Assembly: GCA_039809265.1 (NCBI GenBank)
Contig: JBDHUR010000001.1
Location: 5,914 to 69,913, forward strand
DNA: 64,000 nt
Source of the DNA: Minisyncoccia bacterium
Lineage (GTDB): Bacteria > Patescibacteriota > Minisyncoccia > Phycocordibacterales > UBA9973
Direction of reading: 5' to 3'
The stretch's first letter is position 1, and each line of letters starts with the position of its first letter. Made by a program: the position numbers and the translations under genes. The notes under the pieces were generated by a model. That model did not search any database and was not told where the DNA came from. It saw only the letters and a program-made list of their open reading frames with translations. Below, piece by piece: positions 46,498 through 56,636 of this stretch.

Positions 46498-48444
46498 ATG
46501 CTATTATACAAACACATGACGGCAGGAATGCACTTAAAAAGCTTAAACAAAGCTCAGCTGGAAGCGGCACTTCACAAAGACGGGCCGCTTCTTATCGTGG
46601 CAGGTGCGGGTGCGGGCAAGACGAAGACAATAACAGAGAGGATAGTAGAGCTGGTGCATTCTGGGGTAGACGGCAGCAACATATTGGCCGTAACATTTAC
46701 AAACAAAGCTGCGAAAGAAATGCGCGAACGTGTTTGGGGTGCAGTACAAGCAGAAGGGCTGGGAGGCGGTTTACCGCTTGTTTCCACGTTCCACTCTCTG
46801 GGAGTAAAAATTTTGAAAGAAAATGCGCGGCATGTCGGCACGATAAAACATTTTGCAATACTAGACGAAGACGATGCAAAGGCTCTTATAAAGCAAGCCA
46901 TAGTTTCCATTGGCCTTGACCCAAAGCAATTTGAGCCGCGCAAATTCAAGCACATCATATCCAAAGCAAAAAACGATTTTCTTTCTGTATCTGAATACGA
47001 AGACCGCGCAGTAACAAATGTAGACAAGATGACTGCCCGCGTCTGGCATCTGTACGAAAGCTTAAAACGCAAAGAAAATGCTTTTGACTTTGACGATCTG
47101 CTTTTAGAAACTGTGCGTCTCTTGAAAAACAATCCAGAAATACTTGAAATGTATCAGGAAAGATGGAAATACATCCACATAGACGAATATCAAGATACCA
47201 ACGAGGTGCAATTCCGTCTTGCGGAATTGCTGGCAAAAAAGTACAGGAATATCTGTGTAGTTGGAGACGGAGACCAAAACATATACGGCTGGCGCGGAGC
47301 AAATGTTAAAAACATTTTGAATTTTGAAAGAGACTATCCTGATGCAAAAGTTGTACTGCTTGAAGAGAACTACCGCTCCACAGGCACGATCCTGGAAGCT
47401 GCAAATGAAGTGATAAAGAAAAACATCTTGCGCAAAGACAAAAACTTGTTTACTTCGCGCGGCAGCGGAGAAAAGATAACTCTGACAGAATGCTTTGATG
47501 AAAACGGGGAAGCAAGATACATAGCAGAGAAAATATACAGTCTGCTCTCGCGAGGCGAAGACCCAAGCGAAGTTGCCGTGCTTTACCGCGCCAACTTCCA
47601 GTCTCGTGTACTAGAAGAGGCATTGCTTATGAAAAATGTGCCGTACCAGGTCCTGGGAGTAAAGTTTTTTGAGAGAAAAGAAATAAGAGATACCTTGGCG
47701 TACTTGCGTGCAGCACTAAACAGGGAAAGCCTGAGCGATATAAAGCGCATCATAAACTTCCCAAAGCGCGGCATAGGCAAAGCAACTATTGCCAAACTTT
47801 TCTCTGCAGGTCTTGCAGACTTGCCAAATGCTATGCAAAAGAAGATAACTTCTTTTTACAATGTTTTAGATACCATAAAAGACTATGCAGGGAGCCACAC
47901 TCCGTCTGAAACCATCATTTACCTTATCAAAGCCTCTGGCATAGAAACAGAGCTTGGCCACAGCAACGAAGAAGATAAAGAAAGATTGGAAAACATAAAA
48001 GAGCTTGCCACTCTTGCCTTGAAGTACGACGCGTTGCCCGAGCAGGAAGGCTTGGAAAAACTGCTAGAAGACGCGGCGCTTGCCTCTGACCAAGATTCGC
48101 TGGATCACAAAGAAGACAAAAAGGGTGTACGGCTGATGACAGTACACGCATCTAAGGGTCTGGAATTCAAATATGTTTTTATTTCCGGCATGGAACAAGA
48201 TCTTTTCCCGCACCAAAGGAATGCTGGCTCGGCAAAGGAAGAAGCGGAGGAAGAGCGAAGACTTTTTTATGTAGCCATAACCCGCGCAAAAGAAAAACTT
48301 TTTCTCTCATACGCATCTATCCGCACAATATTCGGCTCGCGGCAGATAAATGCGCCGTCTGAATTCCTTTACGACGTACCTGAAAATCTGGTAGAAAGGG
48401 AATACGCGCACATGGGCAGAGAACGAAGTGTATATATAGACTAA
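46498..48444 (+). CDS. UvrD/PcrA-family ATP-dependent DNA helicase
   Basis: 648 aa; Walker A 'AGAGAGKTKT', 'DEYQDTN' motif II, later helicase motifs; start may be an internal ATG (~46516/46528). Confidence 0.85.
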   Translation: MLLYKHMTAGMHLKSLNKAQLEAALHKDGPLLIVAGAGAGKTKTITERIVELVHSGVDGSNILAVTFTNKAAKEMRERVWGAVQAEGLGGGLPLVSTFHSLGVKILKENARHVGTIKHFAILDEDDAKALIKQAIVSIGLDPKQFEPRKFKHIISKAKNDFLSVSEYEDRAVTNVDKMTARVWHLYESLKRKENAFDFDDLLLETVRLLKNNPEILEMYQERWKYIHIDEYQDTNEVQFRLAELLAKKYRNICVVGDGDQNIYGWRGANVKNILNFERDYPDAKVVLLEENYRSTGTILEAANEVIKKNILRKDKNLFTSRGSGEKITLTECFDENGEARYIAEKIYSLLSRGEDPSEVAVLYRANFQSRVLEEALLMKNVPYQVLGVKFFERKEIRDTLAYLRAALNRESLSDIKRIINFPKRGIGKATIAKLFSAGLADLPNAMQKKITSFYNVLDTIKDYAGSHTPSETIIYLIKASGIETELGHSNEEDKERLENIKELATLALKYDALPEQEGLEKLLEDAALASDQDSLDHKEDKKGVRLMTVHASKGLEFKYVFISGMEQDLFPHQRNAGSAKEEAEEERRLFYVAITRAKEKLFLSYASIRTIFGSRQINAPSEFLYDVPENLVEREYAHMGRERSVYID

Positions 48445-49245
48445 ATGAAACACGCAGCAAAAAAATCTTTGGGGCAAAATTTCCTGAAATCCAAAAAGGC
48501 ACTTTCGGACATGGTAAATGCGGGCAAAGTAAGCAAGGGTGACACAGTACTAGAAATCGGCCCAGGCAAAGGCGCTCTTACAGAAGTGCTGCTCCAACAT
48601 GCAGGCAAAGTAGTAGCTATAGAAAAAGACAAAAGACTAATCCCTTTGCTTGAAGAAAAGTTTGCAGGAGAAATTACAAATGGGAGACTTGAACTTATCT
48701 ATGGAGATATTTTAGAAGAGAGAATTGAGCTACCAAAAAATTACAAACTCATTGCCAACATTCCTTACTACATCACAGGGGCATTGTTTCGCATGTTTCT
48801 GGAAGCAGAGAACAAGCCGAACACCATAGTTTTCCTAGTGCAAAAAGAAGTTGCCGAGCGAGCAGTAGCCAAAGACGGTAAAGAAAGTTTGTTGTCTCTT
48901 TCCATAAAAGCATACGGCACCCCAAAATACATAAGTAAGGTTTCTAAGCAATATTTTTCTCCAGTGCCAAAAGTAGATTCTGCTATTGTTGCCGTATATG
49001 ATATTTCCAGCGACAATTTCAAAAAGGCTGGAGTATCTGAAAAACAATTTTTCCGTGTTATAAAAACCGGCTTTGCCGCTAAACGTAAAGTGCTTGCAAA
49101 AAACCTTTCAGAAATAGCTCCAAAAGATGTGGTGCATAAAGCTTGCGCGGACTTTGGACTAGACGCCAAAGTCCGCGCCGAAGACCTGCCTATGCCTGCA
49201 TGGCTTGCTCTAACAAAAGCCCTCTCATCATATATCCACAGCTAA
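48445..49245 (+). CDS. rsmA: 16S rRNA (adenine1518/1519-N6)-dimethyltransferase KsgA/RsmA
   Basis: 266 aa; 'LGQNFL', 'VLEIGPGKGALT', 'ANIPYYIT' motifs. Confidence 0.85.
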   Translation: MKHAAKKSLGQNFLKSKKALSDMVNAGKVSKGDTVLEIGPGKGALTEVLLQHAGKVVAIEKDKRLIPLLEEKFAGEITNGRLELIYGDILEERIELPKNYKLIANIPYYITGALFRMFLEAENKPNTIVFLVQKEVAERAVAKDGKESLLSLSIKAYGTPKYISKVSKQYFSPVPKVDSAIVAVYDISSDNFKKAGVSEKQFFRVIKTGFAAKRKVLAKNLSEIAPKDVVHKACADFGLDAKVRAEDLPMPAWLALTKALSSYIHS

Positions 49246-49252
49246 GACGCTC

Positions 49253-49654
49253 TTGATTTATGAAATGGAGTATACTATAGGCATGCGAAGGCTTTTATTT
49301 GTATTATTTTTCTTTGTTTTAGTATTTACTACTATCATCGGTCAAGCAATGGCCGCTGGGGCATCTCTTGGCATCCCGATCGGCGGGCTTATAACGACTA
49401 CTAATGTACCACCCAATGTTATCTGCTCAACGGGTATAGGGCCGATAACTATCAAGGTTGCTGGTAAAGGTAGCACTAGCCCATACCTAGCCACCTTTGC
49501 AGGGAATAGAACACCGCAAAATCAAGCCTCATCTGGCCGTTGGTTCCTTGGTCTTTACCAGCCTGGGTTAGGTTGCGTCCAAGAAAATGGCCCTGAGTCT
49601 CATCCATACCCCACACTAAATTGGATAATATATGGGGTTTCTGGAATGAAATAA
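49253..49654 (+). CDS. Small secreted protein
   Basis: 133 aa; signal peptide 'LLFVLFFFVLVFTTIIGQAMA'. Confidence 0.45.
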   Translation: MIYEMEYTIGMRRLLFVLFFFVLVFTTIIGQAMAAGASLGIPIGGLITTTNVPPNVICSTGIGPITIKVAGKGSTSPYLATFAGNRTPQNQASSGRWFLGLYQPGLGCVQENGPESHPYPTLNWIIYGVSGMK

Positions 49655-49656
49655 AC

Positions 49657-50595
49657 ATGCATTCATATTTGCCCAGTAAAAAATTCGTGCAGACATTCCT
49701 TATTCTTGCAGCTGTTTTTATAATCGGCTACTTTTTGTACCACATAGTTTTCAAAAAAGACGGCAAGATACCTTTCATTTCCGGTAATAAAGATTCTTCG
49801 GCTAAACTGGAGACCAAAGAAATAGTACTGCAAGACTTGATGGAAAAGGACACGGACGGAGATGGTATAAAAGACTGGGAGGAAGCACTCTGGGGCACAG
49901 ACCCAGAAAAATCAGACACGGACGGAGATGGTATTTCCGATTTTGACTATATAGAAAAGCGCCGCGAGGAAGTGCGCCAAGCTTCAGGCACTCCCGACCA
50001 AGAACTCTCAGATACCAATGCTACAGACGTTTTTACCAAGGAATTCTTTGCTGCGATAGTGGCGCTGCAACAGTCCGGCCAGCTGAACAGCCAAACACTT
50101 GCCGACCTTTCCAAACAACTTGCGGGTAACATTGGCCAGCAAAAGAGCTTGCCAGACATTTATAGCATCACGGATATAAAAATTGTATCTAACCCATCGC
50201 GAGCAGATATGCAAATATACGGCCAAGCAGTACAAGCCATGAGCAGCTCGTATTTTGCTAAAGGCATAGGCACAGAGCTGGATGTAACTTCAAATGCGCT
50301 AAGCACTGAAGACCCTGCTGAATATGCCAAGATTGCCAGCATTGCAAATGCTTATGCCGACTTTGCTGGAAAACTTGTCGCGCTCCAAACACCCGAAGAT
50401 ATAAGCGTGGATGTATTGAACCTTGCCAATAACATGCAGAAGTCCGCCAAAGCTTTGCAAAATATTTCCGCCATTCCAACCAATGAGCTGATAGGCATCA
50501 TCGGCATAAGCCAGTACAGCACATATAGCGACGACATGGTTAACTCGTTCACAAGTTTATCTAACTACTTGCAAAATAATGGTATACTGCAATAA
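49657..50595 (+). CDS. Membrane-anchored protein with thrombospondin-type-3-like Ca-binding repeats
   Basis: Start at MHSYLPSKK; TM 'FLILAAVFIIGYFLY'; repeats 'DTDGDGIKDWEE','DTDGDGISDFD'. Confidence 0.5.
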   Translation: MHSYLPSKKFVQTFLILAAVFIIGYFLYHIVFKKDGKIPFISGNKDSSAKLETKEIVLQDLMEKDTDGDGIKDWEEALWGTDPEKSDTDGDGISDFDYIEKRREEVRQASGTPDQELSDTNATDVFTKEFFAAIVALQQSGQLNSQTLADLSKQLAGNIGQQKSLPDIYSITDIKIVSNPSRADMQIYGQAVQAMSSSYFAKGIGTELDVTSNALSTEDPAEYAKIASIANAYADFAGKLVALQTPEDISVDVLNLANNMQKSAKALQNISAIPTNELIGIIGISQYSTYSDDMVNSFTSLSNYLQNNGILQ

Positions 50596-50598
50596 GTA

Positions 50599-53325
50599 AT
50601 GCAAAGATACAAAAGAAAATTACATACTGCGCTATCTCTTGTACTAGGAATATCTGTCTTTGCGCAAAGCTTTATTGCAATCATAACACCACAGACAGCA
50701 TACGCGCAAAATGCTAGTGCGAGCGCCTTTGCTGGACTAGGTTCCATCGCCGGAGCAGGAGTTGGCTGTCTTTTGGGTAATGCTTTCTCAGGAACCGGAC
50801 TCTTTAGCTCTGCTGACGGAAACACAACTGCGGGAATGGAAGTACCTACTGGAGACAAGGGGACTAGAGGAAATACTAGCGCACAGAAACAAAAAGAAAA
50901 CTGCCTAGACGCCATAGCTTATGCTGCAGCAAAAGCTTTACTGAAAAAATTTACTCAAGCTACTATAGTCTGGATAAACAGCGGTTTTAAAGGCGAGCCT
51001 CTGTATATAAAAAATCCTGAGTCATTTTTTAAAAGCATAGCGAACGAACAACTGGGTGGAATTATTTCCACATTAAGCAATACAGACAAGGTTCCATTTG
51101 GTAAAGACTTAGCAAGAAGCATTATCCTCTCCACGCAAGCAACTTTTGCAAAAAAGATTGAATACAATTTAAATAAAATAATAAGTCCAGATAGGGTGTA
51201 TCGTTTTCAAGCAGACTTTTCTGCTGGAGGCTGGGACGGCTGGTTAGGAGCGACCCAATTCCCACAAAACAATACTATCGGGGCACACATCGTAACCGCA
51301 GACGAGGTTACATATAAACTCTCTGGTACAGCTAAAGCGCCCGCCGAATATTTACAAGATGAATTAAGTCAAGGTATGGGATTTCTTGGACTAAAGAAGT
51401 GCGTTCAAACTTCAGATGGAAAAACAGCTGCCGACTATAATTACGAAGAATCAACAAATGAATCAATAGAAGACATAGATCCAAAAAAAATCACATGTAC
51501 TCGTTGGGAAACAATTACCCCTGGAACAGCTATTGCAAACCAAATGAACCTAACATTAGGCACATCTCAGCGACAACTAGAACTTGCAGATGAGCTAAAT
51601 GAAAGTATTGCTGGGGTATTTGATGCTCTTTTTAGTCAACTTTTAAACAAAGGTCTAGCCTCTTTGGGCAACAGCTCTTCTTCTAGTGGATATAATGTGG
51701 GTATCTATGGTGGTTATGGAAACAACTCTAATAACTCTAGCCTAAATAGTAACGGTAACCCATACGGGGTAGAGGATCCAGACCAATGGTATAACCAAAA
51801 CCCTACATTTAATATTTGGCATGACCTACAGACTATTATAGACGTTCAGCAAAAAGTCTACGATGATCTTCAAAAAGAAAATTCTGCATTACAAAATCTT
51901 ACAACTGCAATATATGAACTAGACTTTTGTGTGCCTGGACCAAACCCACTATGGTACGATAACGCGCAACAAACAGTAAACGATTTCTTTGGAGATATCC
52001 CTCAAAAGGCTGATGATCTTGGAGATAAGTTACGAAAAGCAAATAAATGGTTTGACCCAGGGGGTATGGTTATGGCTTCTACAGGCTGGGCAAACGAACT
52101 AGGTTTAAACCCACCAGGGTCAAACGGCTGGTCTCAACAAAGAATACAAGAACTGTATGCAAAATTCCTAAAGCAAGCCATAAACTTCTCTGGCGAAGAT
52201 GACGAAACAATGACCTCAGAACATATATCTTCTTTGGGTAGCATTGTGCTTGAACAATATGCTTCAAAAATAAGCTCAAAATACGGCGTATCTGGCTTAC
52301 ACCAAGCTGGAGAATATATGCCGACAGTGGCAGCAAGCTTGCCAAAGCTATACAACAACATACCTAGATACTTAAACCAAATTGACACCAACAACACAAA
52401 GATGGATGACTTTGAAGGTATTATCCGCCAACTTCAATCTATAAGCGTTGCGGTTAAAGATATCCCAGAGGACCCAGACAACCAAACAAGTGCCGACAAA
52501 ACCGCAATAACTACATATCTAAGAATTATAGGTAGCATGGCACAATATATGGCAAGCGAAAGTGTTATACAAACACTGGAAGACGAACTATTTGCTATAA
52601 ATGGCATATACGACATGGTGGCAAATGGAAATAATAGCTTGATAAATCAATGCAAGACAGAACTACGCACAACAAGTCCGACTGGAATAGACTCTTCTAA
52701 TATAAAAGGTTTACGTTTTGCTTACCCTACAGACTTGTTGCCACAGTCTATACAAGATGCATACACAGGCAACCTTGGTGGATATATGACACATCAAATG
52801 TACAAATTCGGTACTTCATATCTTCCGGGAACTTTCTACAAGAGCAATGTAAAGCAGACTAGCTGGCAGTGGCCTTCCCTAGACTCATTAACACACCAGT
52901 ATGATATGAGATCATATTTTACACCAAGCTTTTCTCAAAAATCTGCATTATACGATCAACGAGCGGGTAAATATAACCCAGATATTCCAGGACTATGGGC
53001 ATGGTGCACGGCAGAAGGATTCCAATACACAACAGTAGTAAATAATGCAGTTCAAGCAACAAATCTTGGAATACAATTAGGGCAATCGTACACATTTACG
53101 ATACCAGCGCCGTCCAATAATTCAGGCTTTGGAACAACTCCAGCTCTTTGTAATCCTAGTTTACCTGACAACAATGGTACGGTGATAAAAAACGACCCTA
53201 ATATTAGTGACTTTACATTAAATAGAGCGCTAGACTTTATAGATGTTACAAGTTCTGGTTTGCAAGTTAATAGACCGGACCAAACTAACCTTGCTGGATT
53301 CGAATCATTCCTTGGAATTTATTGA
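50599..53325 (+). CDS. Large (908 aa) secreted protein, first gene of the T4SS-like block
   Basis: Signal peptide 'LSLVLGISVFAQSFIAIITPQTAYAQNASA'; Asn/Gly/Ser-rich; no enzymatic motif. Confidence 0.55.
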   Translation: MQRYKRKLHTALSLVLGISVFAQSFIAIITPQTAYAQNASASAFAGLGSIAGAGVGCLLGNAFSGTGLFSSADGNTTAGMEVPTGDKGTRGNTSAQKQKENCLDAIAYAAAKALLKKFTQATIVWINSGFKGEPLYIKNPESFFKSIANEQLGGIISTLSNTDKVPFGKDLARSIILSTQATFAKKIEYNLNKIISPDRVYRFQADFSAGGWDGWLGATQFPQNNTIGAHIVTADEVTYKLSGTAKAPAEYLQDELSQGMGFLGLKKCVQTSDGKTAADYNYEESTNESIEDIDPKKITCTRWETITPGTAIANQMNLTLGTSQRQLELADELNESIAGVFDALFSQLLNKGLASLGNSSSSSGYNVGIYGGYGNNSNNSSLNSNGNPYGVEDPDQWYNQNPTFNIWHDLQTIIDVQQKVYDDLQKENSALQNLTTAIYELDFCVPGPNPLWYDNAQQTVNDFFGDIPQKADDLGDKLRKANKWFDPGGMVMASTGWANELGLNPPGSNGWSQQRIQELYAKFLKQAINFSGEDDETMTSEHISSLGSIVLEQYASKISSKYGVSGLHQAGEYMPTVAASLPKLYNNIPRYLNQIDTNNTKMDDFEGIIRQLQSISVAVKDIPEDPDNQTSADKTAITTYLRIIGSMAQYMASESVIQTLEDELFAINGIYDMVANGNNSLINQCKTELRTTSPTGIDSSNIKGLRFAYPTDLLPQSIQDAYTGNLGGYMTHQMYKFGTSYLPGTFYKSNVKQTSWQWPSLDSLTHQYDMRSYFTPSFSQKSALYDQRAGKYNPDIPGLWAWCTAEGFQYTTVVNNAVQATNLGIQLGQSYTFTIPAPSNNSGFGTTPALCNPSLPDNNGTVIKNDPNISDFTLNRALDFIDVTSSGLQVNRPDQTNLAGFESFLGIY

Positions 53326-53459
53326 GCCTTGTGAGAATAAAAATATATAAATGACCTAGGTTTTCCACCTCATAGACGAGTGAAGTATGGAAAGTAGTGT
53401 TATAATTGAAACGTATTTCTTGCTTTGATAGGCAGTTTCTGTGTACACGAAATATTTTC

Positions 53460-56400
53460 ATGTTTAAGAAAATCGTACTAATAGCTACAATATTTGGCAT
53501 CTTCGGCGGCTTATTTACACCAGCGTTTTCTGTGAAAGCGTGGGCAGAGGCTGACTTACAAAAAATAACTATTTCTATTAGTGTTAATACCATACAAGAA
53601 GATAAATCTAATGGTAAATACTCAGCAATCATACCTGTAGTTATTAAATCAAATTTTAAAGAATTTGGAGATCACACTATCCATCTAGATATCTACAGCG
53701 CAGCTCCAGGAGGAAAAGCTGAGAAGAAGGTCAGTAAAGAATTCACTCCTCATATAGACAAACCGAAAGATGAGTTTATAGAACAAACATTTCTAACACA
53801 GACAGATGCGGTTTTAGAAAAAGGTTATGGCTATTCGGCTATTGCTTTCATTTCATTACCACAACTAGCTGGGCAGACTACTCCTGGACAATGGATTATT
53901 GGACCGAACGGTATTCCCGTTGTCTCCTTTCCACCCAAGACAACAAATACTTATACTCCACCAATATCCAACACCTCAATTTTTACAATAAAAACCGACG
54001 GCTCTACAAGCATTGCGAATGAAGATAGTAGTGGTACACAAAATACAGCACAAAACGTAACCTCAAACGAACCTTCTGCTCTTCCAGAATGTAATATTCT
54101 TTACTCCAGCACATGGCCTGGTTGTATTGCTCGAGTTATATATTATATTTTTTTTATACCAACATCTTTTGTGTTTGGACTCAGTGGTCAGTTTTTAGAC
54201 TGGGGAACAAGTTTCACTATAGACTCAAATTCATACAAAGGCAGTGCAGCTACTTTCATTGAATCTGGATGGAAAATAACACGTGATATTGCAAACATAC
54301 TATTCATATTCATACTCCTCTGGGTTGGCATAGGCACAATACTAGGCTCACACAGTGTAGATGCAAAGAAGACAATAGGTATGGTGATAATTATAGCTCT
54401 CCTGTTAAATTTCAGCTTGTTTTTTGCCAGAGTAATAATAGACGCATCTAATATTCTGGCTGGGGTTTTTTATAATCAAATAGACGTGCAAGATGAAGGA
54501 TCCAACAACCAATGGGTATTCAGTGATAAAAATGTAAAAAATATTTCCACGGCTATAGTTAGTAAATTTAACCCACAAAAGCTTTTTGCTCAAGCTGGAA
54601 CACTTAAGATAAACACCGGCACAGGTGTAAAGGATGGATCAACAGATGGTGGAACGAATGGTGAACCAGCCCCCGGACAATTCATAATAATCACACTCAT
54701 AATGTCTGTTATAAACTGTATAGGTATTTGGGTATTTTTCTCTGTTGGCTTCCTATTTCTTTCTCGTGTAGCAGGACTTTGGCTTGCTATGATATTTGCA
54801 CCATTGGCATTCATATCATACATACTTCCTTCTAGTTCTGCGGGAGCGCTGGGAGACATGCATCATAGTAAGTGGTGGGGCAACCTTGTTCGCTTGGCAA
54901 TGATGGTGCCAATGTTTATGTTCTTTATGTATCTCATACTCATGTTCATGAATACAAACTTCATAGCAAATGCAATGGGAGACAAAACCACAACACTTGC
55001 GATACTTGGAGTAGTAATACCGTTGCTCATCATTGTAGTACTTCTACAAAGAGCAAGGAAAATAGTGGTAGACTGGTCTGGAGAACTTGGTAAAATGGCA
55101 GCACAGGCAGGCACAGCTGTGGCTGGATTTAGTGTGGGCGCACTGACAGGCGGAGCAGCGATGCTTGGCCGTGGTACTATTGGCAGACTCGCCAACAAAG
55201 CTGCGAGCAGTGAAGAGTTAAAAGATAGAGCAGCAAAAGGAGACAGGATGGCAAAAATGCAACTAAAAAGCGCAGAATTTCTATCAAAATCAAGTTTTGA
55301 TGCTCGCAACACAACGGTTGGAAATAAAGTTTCTCAAGCAACAGGCATGAACCTGAATAAGGGTTTATCTTTTGCCGGTCTGAATACCAAATCCACAGAA
55401 GGTGGCTGGGTAGGACTACAGGCAAAAAAGGCAGAAAAGGAAGCAAGTAGATGGAAAGACAGTTATGACCACCACGCTTATGAACAAGAAGAAGAAAAAG
55501 TAAACGCCGAAAAAGAAAAGCAATCAAAAAACAAAGATATAAAAGAAGATATACAAAACAAAATACGTGTGGAGAAAGCAGCCATAACAACAATGGCAGA
55601 TGGATCTCAAGAAAAAAAGGACGCACAGCGACGTGTTCAAAAACTAACAGAAAGCTTATCTATAGTTGATACAAACATTAGAGCATATGAGAAAGGTGGT
55701 AAAACATATGCCATAAACTCAAACGGAGAATATGTAGATAAAAACGGTAAAGTTGTGACAGACAAGAAAGACGCACACATGGAAGAGTCTTTGGGTATAC
55801 AAAAGATGGAGAAAAACAAAGAGCGCTTAAAAACAGCGAGACAAAAAAACCACGAATCTGTTTTGCGTCGAAAATCTGGTAAACGATATCTGGATGACGA
55901 AAGAGATGAATTGGGTAATATAAAGAAATTTGGTGAAGAAATAACCCCTGGTTTGGAAAAGAAACTGAGAAAAGAAAAAGACGAAAAAAATAAAGAAAAA
56001 AATGAAGCCCTGCAACACAGGCTTGATATAGGAAAAGATATAAATGATGTAAATCAAAAAATGAAAGAAGCGGCAAAAAAAGTAAGCGAGGCACAAAAAA
56101 AGGGAGATAAAGCACTTATAAAATCTACAAGCGACGCACTTAAAGGTTTAGTAGAACAAAGAAAGCAGCTAGAAAAATCTCAAAATGATGCAAAAGAAAA
56201 ATCTGACACCTTAGTAAAAGAATTTAATAAGGTTTCCAACAAGCTTGGTAAAGTAGAAGTAGCTAATCTTAAAACAAACTATAACGGTGTAAGGCAAGTA
56301 CTAAGAGAACTTGGCGAAGGTGCGGCTAGGGGCGCAGCAGTAGGTGCAGCAGTAGGGACTGCTATTCCTGGAGCAGGCACGTTTGCTGGAGCTGGAGTAG

Positions 56401-56594
56401 GAGCAGTCATGGGTGGACTTAGACAAGTACTTGAATACAGTGGTACCACGAACAGAAGTATTGCAAATGGACACATTCCACACTACCATGGTAGTGGCTC
56501 AACATACAGAGAGCCTAGCGGTGGTGGACAAGACACACCATCGGCATCTTCACACAGTGGAGGAGGTGGAGGAGGGGATCATTCACACCACTAA
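53460..56594 (+). CDS. VirB6/TrbL-like polytopic membrane protein with N-terminal secreted domain and long Lys/Glu coiled-coil C-terminal tail
   Basis: Start at MFKKIVLIATIFG; signal peptide, ~230-aa extracytoplasmic domain, 6-7 TM helices between aa ~245 and 560, ~500-aa hydrophilic tail ending Gly/His-rich. Confidence 0.55.
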   Translation: MFKKIVLIATIFGIFGGLFTPAFSVKAWAEADLQKITISISVNTIQEDKSNGKYSAIIPVVIKSNFKEFGDHTIHLDIYSAAPGGKAEKKVSKEFTPHIDKPKDEFIEQTFLTQTDAVLEKGYGYSAIAFISLPQLAGQTTPGQWIIGPNGIPVVSFPPKTTNTYTPPISNTSIFTIKTDGSTSIANEDSSGTQNTAQNVTSNEPSALPECNILYSSTWPGCIARVIYYIFFIPTSFVFGLSGQFLDWGTSFTIDSNSYKGSAATFIESGWKITRDIANILFIFILLWVGIGTILGSHSVDAKKTIGMVIIIALLLNFSLFFARVIIDASNILAGVFYNQIDVQDEGSNNQWVFSDKNVKNISTAIVSKFNPQKLFAQAGTLKINTGTGVKDGSTDGGTNGEPAPGQFIIITLIMSVINCIGIWVFFSVGFLFLSRVAGLWLAMIFAPLAFISYILPSSSAGALGDMHHSKWWGNLVRLAMMVPMFMFFMYLILMFMNTNFIANAMGDKTTTLAILGVVIPLLIIVVLLQRARKIVVDWSGELGKMAAQAGTAVAGFSVGALTGGAAMLGRGTIGRLANKAASSEELKDRAAKGDRMAKMQLKSAEFLSKSSFDARNTTVGNKVSQATGMNLNKGLSFAGLNTKSTEGGWVGLQAKKAEKEASRWKDSYDHHAYEQEEEKVNAEKEKQSKNKDIKEDIQNKIRVEKAAITTMADGSQEKKDAQRRVQKLTESLSIVDTNIRAYEKGGKTYAINSNGEYVDKNGKVVTDKKDAHMEESLGIQKMEKNKERLKTARQKNHESVLRRKSGKRYLDDERDELGNIKKFGEEITPGLEKKLRKEKDEKNKEKNEALQHRLDIGKDINDVNQKMKEAAKKVSEAQKKGDKALIKSTSDALKGLVEQRKQLEKSQNDAKEKSDTLVKEFNKVSNKLGKVEVANLKTNYNGVRQVLRELGEGAARGAAVGAAVGTAIPGAGTFAGAGVGAVMGGLRQVLEYSGTTNRSIANGHIPHYHGSGSTYREPSGGGQDTPSASSHSGGGGGGDHSHH

Positions 56595-56636
56595 TTCAAC
56601 ACTTGAAAAATGAAAAGTAGGGTATACTAAGAACAT

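Noticed and set aside
53406-53459. Upstream TTG-initiated extension of the VirB6-like ORF (track start 53406)
   Set aside because: The extension encodes 'MKRISCFDRQFLCTRNIF' before a classic Lys-rich n-region signal peptide beginning at the ATG (MFKKIVLIATIFG…). The ATG start is more plausible. My hand coordinates in this line disagree with the ORF track by 1 nt, so the start is given as 53460 ±1.
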